Below, piece by piece: positions 1 through 9,027 of a stretch of 64,000 bases of DNA (the first letter of the stretch is position 1; every line of letters begins with the position of its first letter). Under the pieces are notes generated by a model that saw only the letters and a list, made by a program, of their open reading frames with translations, had not been told where the DNA came from and did no database searches. The position numbers were made by a program, and so were the translations under genes. This DNA is from Candidatus Uhrbacteria bacterium (lineage in GTDB: Bacteria > Patescibacteriota > Patescibacteriia > UBA9934). Where the stretch lies: the NCBI GenBank assembly GCA_943354605.1, contig CALRCK010000001.1, positions 84,936 to 148,935 of the forward strand. The letters are read 5' to 3'.

Positions 1-765
1 AAGATCGACACTGCAGGAAAAATCACGCAGTCCGCCGTTGGTATGGGAACATCGGAGAATGTGGAGCGCGCACCGGACATTCTTTCCGTTCTCATGATGC
101 AGAATGGCGTAGAAATGGTGGACGATCGCGGTCGTGTGACATTTAACGATGCGCCAAAAGGATCCGGAAATGCCACGCCGCCTGGTTTGGGTGCGGTGCA
201 GTTCTATACAGATTTCGCGAACCCAACAAAGGAGGTGTATACGTGGAACGACACGATGCAGTCGTCGCTCGACGCATTTGTGAACGGTCAGACGGCGATG
301 TTCTTGGGATATAGTTACCACTTGCCGATCATCCGTACACTTGCACCAAAACTGAATGTTGCGGTTGCTGCATTGCCGCAGATTAGTACGGCAGACACCA
401 CGCAGCAGGTGAACTACGGAAATTATTGGGCAGAAGGTGTGTCGAAAGATTCTGCAAATCAGGATTACGCATGGAATTTTGTGTTGTTTGCAACGAACGA
501 AGACAATGTCACGAGCTATCTTTCCGATGCGAAGAAACCAACGGCCCTGCGATCGCTCATTGCAAGTCAGTTGAACGACGAGGATCTTGGCGTGTTCGCG
601 TCGCAGTTGTTAACCGCAAAAACCTGGTATCGCGGGCTCGATGTGGACGCAGAAGAGGCGGCAATGAACCAACTCATCGATGATTACTTGGCAAACACAT
701 ATGGCGACGATCCGCAGAAGGCTGTAGATAACGCGGCGCGTGTGGTGTCGCAAACGTATCTCTAA
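1..765 (+). CDS. ABC-type extracellular solute-binding protein, 5'-truncated by the window edge
   Basis: Frame is open from base 1. Motifs AFVNGQTAMFLGYSY, NVAVAALPQ and NYWAEGVSKDS..QDYAWNFVLF are typical of sugar-binding SBP family 1. Confidence 0.8.
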   Translation, partial: KIDTAGKITQSAVGMGTSENVERAPDILSVLMMQNGVEMVDDRGRVTFNDAPKGSGNATPPGLGAVQFYTDFANPTKEVYTWNDTMQSSLDAFVNGQTAMFLGYSYHLPIIRTLAPKLNVAVAALPQISTADTTQQVNYGNYWAEGVSKDSANQDYAWNFVLFATNEDNVTSYLSDAKKPTALRSLIASQLNDEDLGVFASQLLTAKTWYRGLDVDAEEAAMNQLIDDYLANTYGDDPQKAVDNAARVVSQTYL

Positions 766-797
766 ACGCCATTCAGCGCGTGTTATACTTGTTCTAT

Positions 798-1361
798 ATG
801 TTTCGCGCGCTTAAGATTGCCGTTCTTGGTGTGATCCTCTCAACGTCTTTTGGTATTTTTGTGCCAGCCGTTGATGTGCGTGCTGCAGATCTTGGTGCGC
901 AGTACACGGAGATCAATTCATCAGGAACGTCTTCGCAGGGGCTTATTTTTGCAGGAATCTGTCCTAGCTCTACGGATCCAACAACCGGGCTCAATCACTG
1001 CACGGAATGTCGCGACCACGGAAACTGTACGCTCTCCGATGTGCTGCAGGTGTTCGTGAACCTTTCCACGTTCATTCTTGGCATCAGCGGAACCGCGGTG
1101 CTGTTCGTCTTCGTTTATGGTGGGTTTAAGTGGGTGTTTTCCCGTGGGGATTCACACTGGATTACCGAAGGAAAGGACGCTATTACCGCGGCAATTATTG
1201 GACTTTGTATTATCTTTGGCGCGTACGTTGCGATTAACTTTATTGTTTCTGGTCTCACCACAAAGGGGGGCGCGACGCCATCATCCGGAAAGCTCGAAGA
1301 TACGGTGAATCAAAGTGTGACGGGCGGCACAGGAGCGACCGGAGTTTTTACTACTGAATAA
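798..1361 (+). CDS. CPR-type pilin (TrbC/VirB2-like) with Cys-rich N-terminal region
   Basis: Signal peptide and two TM helices with FVYGGFKWVFSRG..GKDAITAAIIGLCIIFGAY. A -10 box TATACT lies just upstream of ATG 798. Confidence 0.75.
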   Translation: MFRALKIAVLGVILSTSFGIFVPAVDVRAADLGAQYTEINSSGTSSQGLIFAGICPSSTDPTTGLNHCTECRDHGNCTLSDVLQVFVNLSTFILGISGTAVLFVFVYGGFKWVFSRGDSHWITEGKDAITAAIIGLCIIFGAYVAINFIVSGLTTKGGATPSSGKLEDTVNQSVTGGTGATGVFTTE

Positions 1362-1367
1362 TGGTAT

Positions 1368-1736
1368 ATGAAGAAGATTTTTCGATACGCGATTCTTGCA
1401 TCAATTGTGCTCCTCCCATTTGCTGCGCATGTTGCGCTCGCAGCAACATCAACGTCGTCGGTGACATTGATCAATCCCCTTGGCGACGAGGCTCGTGATG
1501 TTCGCGTACTTTTTGGTCGAGTCATTTCCGCGGCACTATCGATCGTGGGTGGACTTGCATTGTTGATGTTCGTTTATGGCGGCTTGCTCTGGATGACATC
1601 GCGCGGTGAATCGAAACAGGTTACGAAAGGGAAAGATACAATTACCTGGGCTACGCTTGGACTGGTCATTATCTTTGCGTCGTACACGCTGGTGAATGCA
1701 TTGATTTCCGGAATCACATCCGGAAATGCCACGTAA
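1368..1736 (+). CDS. CPR-type pilin (TrbC/VirB2-like)
   Basis: LINPLG, MFVYGGLLWMTSRG..VTKGKDTITWATLGLVIIFASY. Confidence 0.8.
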   Translation: MKKIFRYAILASIVLLPFAAHVALAATSTSSVTLINPLGDEARDVRVLFGRVISAALSIVGGLALLMFVYGGLLWMTSRGESKQVTKGKDTITWATLGLVIIFASYTLVNALISGITSGNAT

Positions 1737-1781
1737 GAAAATGGCGTGATATACTATTCTCAACAATTATTCTTCTCCCGT

Positions 1782-2183
1782 ATGATGAAATCTCTCGTCC
1801 GTTTCGCGATGAGTGTGGTACTCGGCCTGGCTATTGCGCTTCCGTTCGTACATATCGGTGCTGTTCATGCGGCATCTGGTCAGCTTGAGGCAACAGATTT
1901 ACTCGGGACGGACTTTGGTGACGCAACCGGTCTTGGTCAGGGCGATCTCACGACAACGATCGGTTCGTTGATCCGTGTCGCACTTGGATTCCTTGGCGTT
2001 GTTGCGGTGGTGATTATTCTCTTGGGTGGATTTAAGTGGATGACGGCTGGCGGAAGTGACGAAAAGGTTGGCGAAGCAAAGAAGCTCATCATCGCCGGTA
2101 TCATCGGTTTGGCGATTATTCTCTCGGCATACGCTATTGCATCGTTCGTTATCAGCTCGATTGTTGGTGCGGCAGCAGGATAA
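1782..2183 (+). CDS. CPR-type pilin (TrbC/VirB2-like)
   Basis: GGFKWMTAGGSDEKVGEAKKLIIAGIIGLAIILSAYAIASFV. Confidence 0.8.
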   Translation: MMKSLVRFAMSVVLGLAIALPFVHIGAVHAASGQLEATDLLGTDFGDATGLGQGDLTTTIGSLIRVALGFLGVVAVVIILLGGFKWMTAGGSDEKVGEAKKLIIAGIIGLAIILSAYAIASFVISSIVGAAAG

Positions 2184-2238
2184 TCGATTCGACGTTGTCT
2201 CATGACGCTCGCCCCGAAGAATATTCGGGGCCTGCACT

Positions 2239-2589
2239 ATGCGAGAACTGTTGGCGCTGACAACAATAGACGGATCAACAACGGGACTCTCTTCAACGGG
2301 AACCGCGGCGTTTGGTTCAACGTGGGTTCGCACGCAGAGCGCAACGTCGCTGTCGTATTTCATCGGCCACAACATCATTCAGCCAATTTTTGGCTTGGTG
2401 GGATTGGCATTTTTCGTGCTTGCCGTCTATGCCGGCGTGTTGTGGATGACGGCGCAGGGGGATTCGAAGAAGGTGGACAAAGCAAAAGATATTTTGGTGT
2501 CGGCAACGGTGGGATTGGTGATTATTGTTGCATCGTACGTGCTGACGAACGCAATTTTGAGTGCCGTGACGTCCGGAACGGTAACCTAG
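2239..2589 (+). CDS. CPR-type pilin (TrbC/VirB2-like)
   Basis: YAGVLWMTAQGDSKKVDKAKDILVSATVGLVIIVASY. Confidence 0.8.
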   Translation: MRELLALTTIDGSTTGLSSTGTAAFGSTWVRTQSATSLSYFIGHNIIQPIFGLVGLAFFVLAVYAGVLWMTAQGDSKKVDKAKDILVSATVGLVIIVASYVLTNAILSAVTSGTVT

Positions 2590-2596
2590 TGCCGAT

Positions 2597-2941
2597 ATGA
2601 TCCGACTTCTTGCTGCGGCAACTGCGCCCTTCAATGCTGATCCACTTTCAAATGCTGGTGCGGCGGCATACGGTGGCACCGTGCCTTCGACCACCCTTTT
2701 TTCCCTGATCAACAGCATTATCACTGCGATATTCAGCGTTCTTGGCCTCATATTCCTTTTCCTTACGCTCTACGCGGGGTATTTATGGATGACGGCGATG
2801 GGGGATTCAAAGAAAGTGACGCGAGCAAAGGATATGCTGTCGCAGGCGGTCATCGGGCTCATCATTGTTGTACTCTCGTACGGAATTTCCTTCTTCGTGG
2901 TCGATCTTATTGGGACCGCTGGAGGATTCGGCGGGATATAA
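2597..2941 (+). CDS. CPR-type pilin (TrbC/VirB2-like)
   Basis: YAGYLWMTAMGDSKKVTRAKDMLSQAVIGLIIVVLSY. Confidence 0.8.
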   Translation: MIRLLAAATAPFNADPLSNAGAAAYGGTVPSTTLFSLINSIITAIFSVLGLIFLFLTLYAGYLWMTAMGDSKKVTRAKDMLSQAVIGLIIVVLSYGISFFVVDLIGTAGGFGGI

Positions 2942-2948
2942 ACGCTCG

Positions 2949-3065
2949 CATTTGGCCCATTTTCGACTCAGGCCTTCGGAAACTTCTTCAACGTACCGAG
3001 AAGTACGCCTCAGAAGCTTTCCTCGCCCTTCATCGAAACTGGTCTCAAATGAGAGCGTTTATCTC
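2949..3065 (-). repeat. ~110-nt structured hairpin repeat, copy 1 of 3
   Basis: The reverse complement aligns with 16150-16268 and 26831-26934 around the core GGCGTAC-TTCTCG-GTACGTT. Confidence 0.85.
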
Positions 3066-3132
3066 GGGCAATCATCCACAGCGAGTATTTTCTCAACGTG
3101 ATACACTATTCACATAATATTTTGTCCATCGT

Positions 3133-3516
3133 ATGTCGAAGCTCAAGAACATTCTCATCGGCGCAGCGCTCGTAGCACTGCCATTCGGTGCAGCATTGAG
3201 AATCCCAGTAGTACACGCATCGCCAGATCTCACCACGAATCTTTCCGACGTGAATGCTGACGCATCGCTTGGATCGGAGGACCTTACCGCAACCATCGGT
3301 AAGCTGATCTCTGCATTGCTCAGCGTGCTTGGTGTGATTTTCTTGCTTCTCATCATTTGGGCAGGTTTCACCTGGATGACCGCACAGGGAGACTCGAAGA
3401 AGGTGGACAAAGCAAAGGACATTCTCATCACATCTGTTGTTGGTCTGATCATCTTGCTCTCGGCATACGCCATCAGCACGTTCGTCATCGACCAGTTGGC
3501 GACAGCTACGGGATAG
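3133..3516 (+). CDS. CPR-type pilin (TrbC/VirB2-like)
   Basis: WAGFTWMTAQGDSKKVDKAKDILITSVVGLIILLSAY. Confidence 0.8.
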   Translation: MSKLKNILIGAALVALPFGAALRIPVVHASPDLTTNLSDVNADASLGSEDLTATIGKLISALLSVLGVIFLLLIIWAGFTWMTAQGDSKKVDKAKDILITSVVGLIILLSAYAISTFVIDQLATATG

Positions 3517-3534
3517 TTTGAAAAAGCGATTTCA

Positions 3535-3564
3535 GAAAAGACGACCCGCATGGGTCGTTTTTTC
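3535..3564 (+). terminator. Intrinsic terminator of the pilin array
   Basis: ACGACCC-GCAT-GGGTCGT followed by a T run. Confidence 0.75.
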
Positions 3565-3577
3565 GTTTGAAAAGCGA

Positions 3578-3611
3578 GAGACCCCGGAATCCTTTCGGAC
3601 GCCGGGGTCTC
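3578..3611 (-). terminator. Hairpin downstream of the 3660-5609 gene
   Basis: GAGACCCCGG...CCGGGGTCTC stem, with a T run on the minus strand. Confidence 0.6.
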
Positions 3612-3659
3612 CGTTGCGTGGGTCACGTCACCGTCACCCGAACCTCGTCGCGCGTCCCC

Positions 3660-5609
3660 TCAGTTGCAGGGGTACGAGGTGTCGTTCACCTTGTCGCACT
3701 GCGCGCGGCCGCCGTAGGCTTCGAGGGCTTCCGCCTTCTTCTCCGCCTTCGTCTTGGCTCGCGGCTGCCTGGCCGCGGGCTTCGACCCCGACGTCGCGCC
3801 GCTGCCGCTGCCAACCGCGTTTTCCGCGTAGTCGAGCACCTTGGAGCCGCCATTGCTGACGACCCCGGCCGCGCGCGTGGCGCCGTGGCTCATCGACGTT
3901 TCCGTCTCCGAGATCCACTGCGCGCCGAAGATGCGAACGACGATGAACGCCGCGAGCACCCCGGCCGTGACAACGCGCAGCGCGTTGTACCCGTACTGCA
4001 GGTTGAGGATGTCCTGCTTCTCGATCTCGGCGCCGAGCTTCCCCGCGTACGAGCCGTACACCTTCATCGTGGCGCCACGCTTCAGGTACCCGTACGCAAT
4101 GGCGAGGATCGCGATGAACGTGATGCCGCCGATGCGCCAGCTCTGCGGCGTGTTGAGCGCGAGCGCGAGGGTGAGAGGGATCCACGCGAGCACGATCGCG
4201 GAAGCGACCGTGGCACTGATGTTCACGAGGAAGTTGGTTTTGGCCAGCTCCTTCGACAGCGCGTCCACGTGTTCCTTCTCCATCCGGATGATGCTCTTGA
4301 TGAACGCCGGGATGGCGCCCACCGTCTGCCCACCCTTCTGGAGGAGGTTGATGCTCACGAAGTCGAAGGTCACGATGACGAGGAGGCTCACCCAGTAGGC
4401 GAACCAGTCCACCGTCGGCGTGAAGATCGCCGTGATCACCCACACGAGGGTGAGCGCCATCGGCGCCGCGTAGAAGCCGAGGAGCACGCCCACCACCTGC
4501 ACCGCGCCGGAGACGATCCAGCCGAAGGCCATCATGAGCGCCGAGACGCCCAAGATGGTCACGGTGGACCCCCAGGCGAAGCCCGGGAGCCAGTCCTGGT
4601 GCCAGTTTCCGATCCACAGCGTGATGATGCCGTAGATGATGAGCGCGCCGACGACTGCCACCGAACCCTTGCTCACGTTGGCGGCCGTGCGGATGGCCGC
4701 CTGCGCCTTCACGAACGCGCTGCTCGGCTGGAGGCCTGCGAACAGGTGCAGCCGGTCGAGCATGTCCATGCCGCTGGCGACGGCGTTGGTGCCCTGGTTG
4801 CGATCCGCCTGGCCGACGAGGAGGAACTCGAACGCCGGGATCATCCGGCGCACGAAGTTCTCCGCGGAGCGCCGCCAGCCCTCGAGGTTCGGGCCGCTCT
4901 GGCACCCGTGGTTCTCGAAGTCGCGGATCTCCCCCACGAACTCCACGGCGGCATCGAAGTCCGGGCCCGAGAGCCAGTTCTTGATGTCGTCCGCGTTGTC
5001 GCGGAGGGTGTTGAGGAACCCCACGCCGGCCACCGCCGCCTCGCCTTCCAGCTCGGCAACGATGTCGGTGCCGGGCGTGGCTTCGATCCGCATGAGGCGG
5101 AACATGTAGAGGAGGACGAGCTGCTGGGTGTCGGAGTACCCGGCGCCTGCGGTTGCTCCGGAGAGCGCGCGCTGGACGCGGGAGTACGACGCCACCGGAA
5201 CAGCTGCCGGGGTGGGGGTGGTTGCGGGAGAGGCGGTTGCGGGGGTGGCCATGAGGGCTCCGATTCGGGGGTTGCGGGAAAAATTCCGCCAGTGCGCGAC
5301 GACGTCGGCACGGGCTTCTTCGGTGGTCTTGCCGGTCACGCCGCGCAGCATGCGCGACGTCGGCGGGATGGTTTCCACGAATTCGCCCAGCAGGGACAGC
5401 ACACCGCCACGGTTCTGCAACCGCTGAGCGATGAACAGGATGGCCGGGCTGGCGATGTTCGGGATGCTGGCGTAGAGGTCGAAGATGACCCCCACGAATC
5501 CCTCGAGGTTGTCGGACCCACGGATGCGGGCCACGATTTCGTCGGGGAGGCGCTGCTCTCCGTCTTCGGTGAGGGCACGGATGAGGCTTTGGAAGTTGGA
5601 ATCGCTCAT
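3660..5609 (-). CDS. GC-rich hypothetical multi-pass membrane protein (~649 aa)
   Basis: Long ORF with strong GC3 bias and several hydrophobic segments in the C-terminal half. GGAG lies 8 nt before ATG 5609 (MSDSNFQ). Confidence 0.75.
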   Translation of the reverse strand: MSDSNFQSLIRALTEDGEQRLPDEIVARIRGSDNLEGFVGVIFDLYASIPNIASPAILFIAQRLQNRGGVLSLLGEFVETIPPTSRMLRGVTGKTTEEARADVVAHWRNFSRNPRIGALMATPATASPATTPTPAAVPVASYSRVQRALSGATAGAGYSDTQQLVLLYMFRLMRIEATPGTDIVAELEGEAAVAGVGFLNTLRDNADDIKNWLSGPDFDAAVEFVGEIRDFENHGCQSGPNLEGWRRSAENFVRRMIPAFEFLLVGQADRNQGTNAVASGMDMLDRLHLFAGLQPSSAFVKAQAAIRTAANVSKGSVAVVGALIIYGIITLWIGNWHQDWLPGFAWGSTVTILGVSALMMAFGWIVSGAVQVVGVLLGFYAAPMALTLVWVITAIFTPTVDWFAYWVSLLVIVTFDFVSINLLQKGGQTVGAIPAFIKSIIRMEKEHVDALSKELAKTNFLVNISATVASAIVLAWIPLTLALALNTPQSWRIGGITFIAILAIAYGYLKRGATMKVYGSYAGKLGAEIEKQDILNLQYGYNALRVVTAGVLAAFIVVRIFGAQWISETETSMSHGATRAAGVVSNGGSKVLDYAENAVGSGSGATSGSKPAARQPRAKTKAEKKAEALEAYGGRAQCDKVNDTSYPCN

Positions 5610-5631
5610 GGCGAATTCTCCGGGGCTGTGA

Positions 5632-5851
5632 TGAATTGAACAATTGACGCGAGTTTTGAAAGATGCGGAAAATAAGGGGTTTCCCCAGGATTTCCGGACT
5701 GGGGAGAATAGCAGAAAAATGCAGAAAAGTAAAGGGAAAGGAGGGTTTTGGGGAAAATGAGGTTTCCCCAGGGCCACCTTTACTTTTCCCTGTTTTTCTG
5801 CTATAGTAAAGGGTTAGATTCCTTCAAAACTCGTGTACATTGTTCGATTCA
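5632..5851. promoter_or_regulatory. Divergent duplicated promoter/leader pair (nested inverted repeats)
   Basis: 5632-5660 and 5823-5851 form a 29-nt imperfect inverted repeat. 5708-5735 and 5777-5804 form a second one carrying TTTACT...TGC-TAT -35/-10-like boxes. Confidence 0.7.
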
Positions 5852-5897
5852 CCCGCCGATGCCGCAAAGGATCGGTTTCTCTCGCCAGAGGTCTCTC

Positions 5898-6602
5898 ATG
5901 CTCCTGTCCCTCATCCTGTCTTCCCTCATCTCCGCGGCCCGTGCCGAGGAGCCCACCATCAACGTCACGGTCGTGGCCCCCGCGGTCACGGACGAGGCGG
6001 CCGATGCCACCGAGATCCCGACCAGCCAGTACGGCGTGTCGCTCGTCATCGGCAGCAACTGCAGCGTCAAGGTCACCGGCAAGAACCTGTCCGCCAAAAA
6101 GGCGGGGCAGCTCGCCGGCGAGATCGAGGCGGCCAAGGGCAAGTGCATGGCCAACAAGGCCCGCCGCGACGACAAGGCTCGCGCCGACCAGGTCGCCACC
6201 GCCCGCTCGAAGTCCGAGGACACCCTCATCTCGGCCGGCGCGGATGCGGTCAAGAATGGCGGCAGCGTGGACTACAGCTCCAAGGCCAACGGCGATCTCC
6301 ACTTCGTGGCGGGTCCGGCGGCCGAGTGGAGCGCGTACGGCACCGCGGTCAGCAACGGCAACGGCTACGTCCCCGGCATGTCGGTGGGCTACGTCGATCC
6401 GCAGATGGCGATGCTCTACCGCCTTGGCGCCGGCCAGGCCGCCTTCGCCGCACACCCCGTCGTCCCCGGCGCGGTGATGCCGATGCAGCCGGCCGCACAG
6501 CCCGCGACGACCACCGACAACAGCGCCGCCCTCGGTGAGTGCCAGCAGGCGCTCAAGGCCAAGGGCAAGCTGCTCGAGTCCTGCGAGAACAGCGGCTCGT
6601 AG
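5898..6602 (+). CDS. GC-rich hypothetical secreted protein
   Basis: Signal peptide MLLSLILSSLISAARA. GAGG lies 6 nt before the ATG. High GC3. Confidence 0.75.
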   Translation: MLLSLILSSLISAARAEEPTINVTVVAPAVTDEAADATEIPTSQYGVSLVIGSNCSVKVTGKNLSAKKAGQLAGEIEAAKGKCMANKARRDDKARADQVATARSKSEDTLISAGADAVKNGGSVDYSSKANGDLHFVAGPAAEWSAYGTAVSNGNGYVPGMSVGYVDPQMAMLYRLGAGQAAFAAHPVVPGAVMPMQPAAQPATTTDNSAALGECQQALKAKGKLLESCENSGS

Positions 6603-6748
6603 TCGTCGGTGTGTGGTGCGGTCGGTCTCGAAAGGGGCCGGCCGCCGGATGGGCCACGATACGGTCCCCATTCCTCGCGGTTTGATGGAGTCCCTCGGGA
6701 CATTATTGCCGCAAAACGTTCCTCGTCTCGAAACCTCCCGGAGTTCCC

Positions 6749-7372
6749 ATGTCCTTGTTCCTCTTCCTCGTTTCTTCCTTCGCTCTCGCCGCCGCTGGTG
6801 GCCCCATGGCCCCGCGTACGGTGGCCCATCCGTACCTCCCCAACGTGGAGCTCGCGATGGACGCGTCGAACTGCTCGGCGGACACGAACTGCGTCACCGT
6901 GGTGAACACGGGAAGCACGTTCCTCGTGCCGCAGAACAGCAACGCACCGGGCGGGATGCGCGTGGTGGACCCGGAGGGGTACACGAACGGCATCTACAAG
7001 GACGGCCTTCCGGTGTTCGTCGGCTTCACGGTCGATCCCACCACCGGCGAGACTATCCCGATGCTCAACGGCACGTTCGTGTCGGCCATCGAACCCTGCA
7101 TCCGCAGCGGCTCCTGGCCCACGACCGCGCTCCGCGTGCGCACCGCCAAGGAGATCACGGTCACCGCGGAGTCGGTGGTGTTCTACCCGGAGCCGGGCCC
7201 GGTCACCAAGGCGTTCGATGTCCAGACCGGGACGATCATCCGGTACCACCCCGGCTACGGCGAGACCGTGGGTCAGGTGGACCCGATCAAGAGCGTTCTC
7301 CGGAACGCGATCGGCGAGCCGACCACCTACGCCTGGCGCATCGCGCTGGGCAACGGTCGCTGCCAGAGCTAG
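6749..7372 (+). CDS. GC-rich hypothetical secreted protein
   Basis: Signal peptide MSLFLFLVSSFALA. GGAG lies 5 nt before the ATG. Four Cys residues. Confidence 0.75.
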   Translation: MSLFLFLVSSFALAAAGGPMAPRTVAHPYLPNVELAMDASNCSADTNCVTVVNTGSTFLVPQNSNAPGGMRVVDPEGYTNGIYKDGLPVFVGFTVDPTTGETIPMLNGTFVSAIEPCIRSGSWPTTALRVRTAKEITVTAESVVFYPEPGPVTKAFDVQTGTIIRYHPGYGETVGQVDPIKSVLRNAIGEPTTYAWRIALGNGRCQS

Positions 7373-7400
7373 TCGGGTTCAGCCAGTGTGACTCGTGACT

Positions 7401-7459
7401 GTTCGTCAGTACGCGTGACACACGACGGCGCCGCCATTCCTGAATAGGGGTGGCGGCGT
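7401..7459 (+). promoter_or_regulatory. Conserved 3' motif plus terminator-like hairpin
   Basis: GTTCGTCAGTACGCGTGACACACG matches 16051-16074 at 23 of 24 positions. It is followed by the CGCCGCCA...TGGCGGCG stem. Confidence 0.7.
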
Positions 7460-7494
7460 TTCGATTTTAGAAGCGCTTTGCCGCTATTTTGTTT

Positions 7495-7577
7495 CAGTCA
7501 TGTTGAGCGCAGCGAAACATCTCCGCAGGGAGTGCTGGTAACCTACGGGAGATTCTTCACTTCGTTCAGAATGACTG
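7495..7577. repeat. REP/REPIN-like palindromic repeat (GTCAT..GAGC..AGATTCTTC..CAGAATGAC family)
   Basis: Terminal inverted repeats CAGTCAT/ATGACTG. Homologous to 8940-9019 and 24502-24590. Confidence 0.8.
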
Positions 7578-7585
7578 ATCGGATT

Positions 7586-8917
7586 CTATACGTGAGTTTT
7601 GCGCGATACCAACATTCCTACCAAACAGAATGCGGTGAGTATCACTAAATCATTTTTGAAAAATGGGACATCGACCAAGCCATGAATCGTCATTGTGAGT
7701 ATTGCGGCAGCGAAGGCAAGGACCAGCGCGTCGTCTTTGCGTCGCCATGCGGTTCGCGTAAGAAGGAACGCTCCAGTGATCAGGCCAATAAGGCCAATAA
7801 GACCCATTTCTGACCACACATTCAGCATGATGTTGTGCGGATACTGAAAAATTTCGTAGAACGTCGCGTCGTGATACGGCGCAAGCGCTGCAGGGTAGCC
7901 GTTCAGGCCGGCCCCAAGGAACGGGCGATCTGCAAGCATGGTGAGCGTTTCACTCCATTGCGCGCGGCGAACAAGGCCGGACGAATCGTGGAGTGCAATT
8001 TTTTGAATGATCGACGGCGCGAAGAGCGACACCGCACATGCTCCGGTAATGGTTGCGGCGATGATGGCGTATTTGATTCGTCCAGCAATCGGCGCGAGGA
8101 GTCCGACGATCACGAGCGCAACGGGGATTGCGACAAGAGCGGCTTCTGTTTTTGCTGCAACAATTCCGCCGAGCATGAGGAAGATTGTAATGATTTCAGA
8201 TACACCCAAGCCCCCTCCAACTCCCCCATAAATGGCGGAGAGAAGCCCGGTGATTCCTCTCCCCCCATTTATGGGGGGAGTCGGAGGGGGGCTTTTACGC
8301 ACGGAGAGGATTCGATTGGAAAGCTGCACCATCGCCATCGTCACGATTGGCGCAATAAAGAGTCCGACAGCATTTGGATAATCATACAGCGATGTTGCGC
8401 GGTTCTCGATGGCCCAAGCGTCCGGAATACCAACGTGGGTGAGGATCTGCAGAATAGCGAGTATACCAACGGCGGTTGCCGATGCAATGAGCACGTTGAT
8501 CATACGTTCGACGTCGTCACGATCAGTCATAACCGCTCTGACCACGAACGCGAGGAGCATTGGTTCAATGATGTACGCCTTCAGAATGCCGAGCGCAGAA
8601 AGCGTGTCTGGTGCGATGATGGTAGAAATTATTCCGGCGATGACGACGAGTGCCATCGGAATCCGATACCAGCCAAACGATTCCCAAATCGTAGAGACGG
8701 CCCGGCGGGCCGTTTCCGACCGTAATCGAATCACCGCATTCGCGATCGTAATTAAAAGGAATCCTTCAAGCAGCGTGGAAGGAATCGGTCCAATAGTGAA
8801 TCGAACGAGATACGTCGGCAGGAGCGCGAAGAGGAGAACAATGCCGAGTTTTTGATTTCGCCACGAAAGAACAGCAAAGGCGGCGATTACGGCGGTGACG
8901 AGGATGGGGAAGATCAT
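7586..8917 (-). CDS. O-antigen ligase (WaaL/Wzy_C) family membrane protein
   Basis: Multiple TM helices, with R..QW...L.M....PFLGAGL, YPHNIMLNVWSEMGLIG and IHGLVDVPFFKNDL motifs. Confidence 0.85.
   Translation of the reverse strand: MIFPILVTAVIAAFAVLSWRNQKLGIVLLFALLPTYLVRFTIGPIPSTLLEGFLLITIANAVIRLRSETARRAVSTIWESFGWYRIPMALVVIAGIISTIIAPDTLSALGILKAYIIEPMLLAFVVRAVMTDRDDVERMINVLIASATAVGILAILQILTHVGIPDAWAIENRATSLYDYPNAVGLFIAPIVTMAMVQLSNRILSVRKSPPPTPPINGGRGITGLLSAIYGGVGGGLGVSEIITIFLMLGGIVAAKTEAALVAIPVALVIVGLLAPIAGRIKYAIIAATITGACAVSLFAPSIIQKIALHDSSGLVRRAQWSETLTMLADRPFLGAGLNGYPAALAPYHDATFYEIFQYPHNIMLNVWSEMGLIGLIGLITGAFLLTRTAWRRKDDALVLAFAAAILTMTIHGLVDVPFFKNDLVILTAFCLVGMLVSRKTHV
8208..8294. repeat. Palindromic element inserted in frame in the O-antigen ligase gene
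   Basis: Inverted arms AAGCCCCCTCCAACTCCCCCATAAATGG..GAG and CTCTCCCCCCATTTATGGGGGGAGTCGGAGGGGGGCTT. It encodes KSPPPTPPINGGRGITGLLSAIYGGVGGGL. Confidence 0.8.
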
Positions 8918-8939
8918 AGAAAATATTCACAGAGATCGT

Positions 8940-9019
8940 GTCATTCTGAGCGAAGCGAAGAATCTTCGTCGTGACCAACACGTAACCCACGAGAGATTCT
9001 TCGCTTCGCTCAGAATGAC
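8940..9019. repeat. REP/REPIN-like palindromic repeat
   Basis: GTCATTCTGAGCGAAGCGAAGAATCT...AGATTCTTCGCTTCGCTCAGAATGAC, with perfect 26-bp arms. Confidence 0.85.
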
Positions 9020-9027
9020 TGAAGAAG

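Noticed and set aside
3567-7398. Long overlapping ORFs on other frames and strands of the GC-rich genes (e.g. 3567-5639+, 3634-5643-, 5814-6671-; likewise 14852-16315-, 22993-24378-, 51460-52491+)
   Set aside because: These are shadow ORFs caused by extreme GC3 bias. They give Arg/Pro/Gly-rich nonsense translations and have no start signals.
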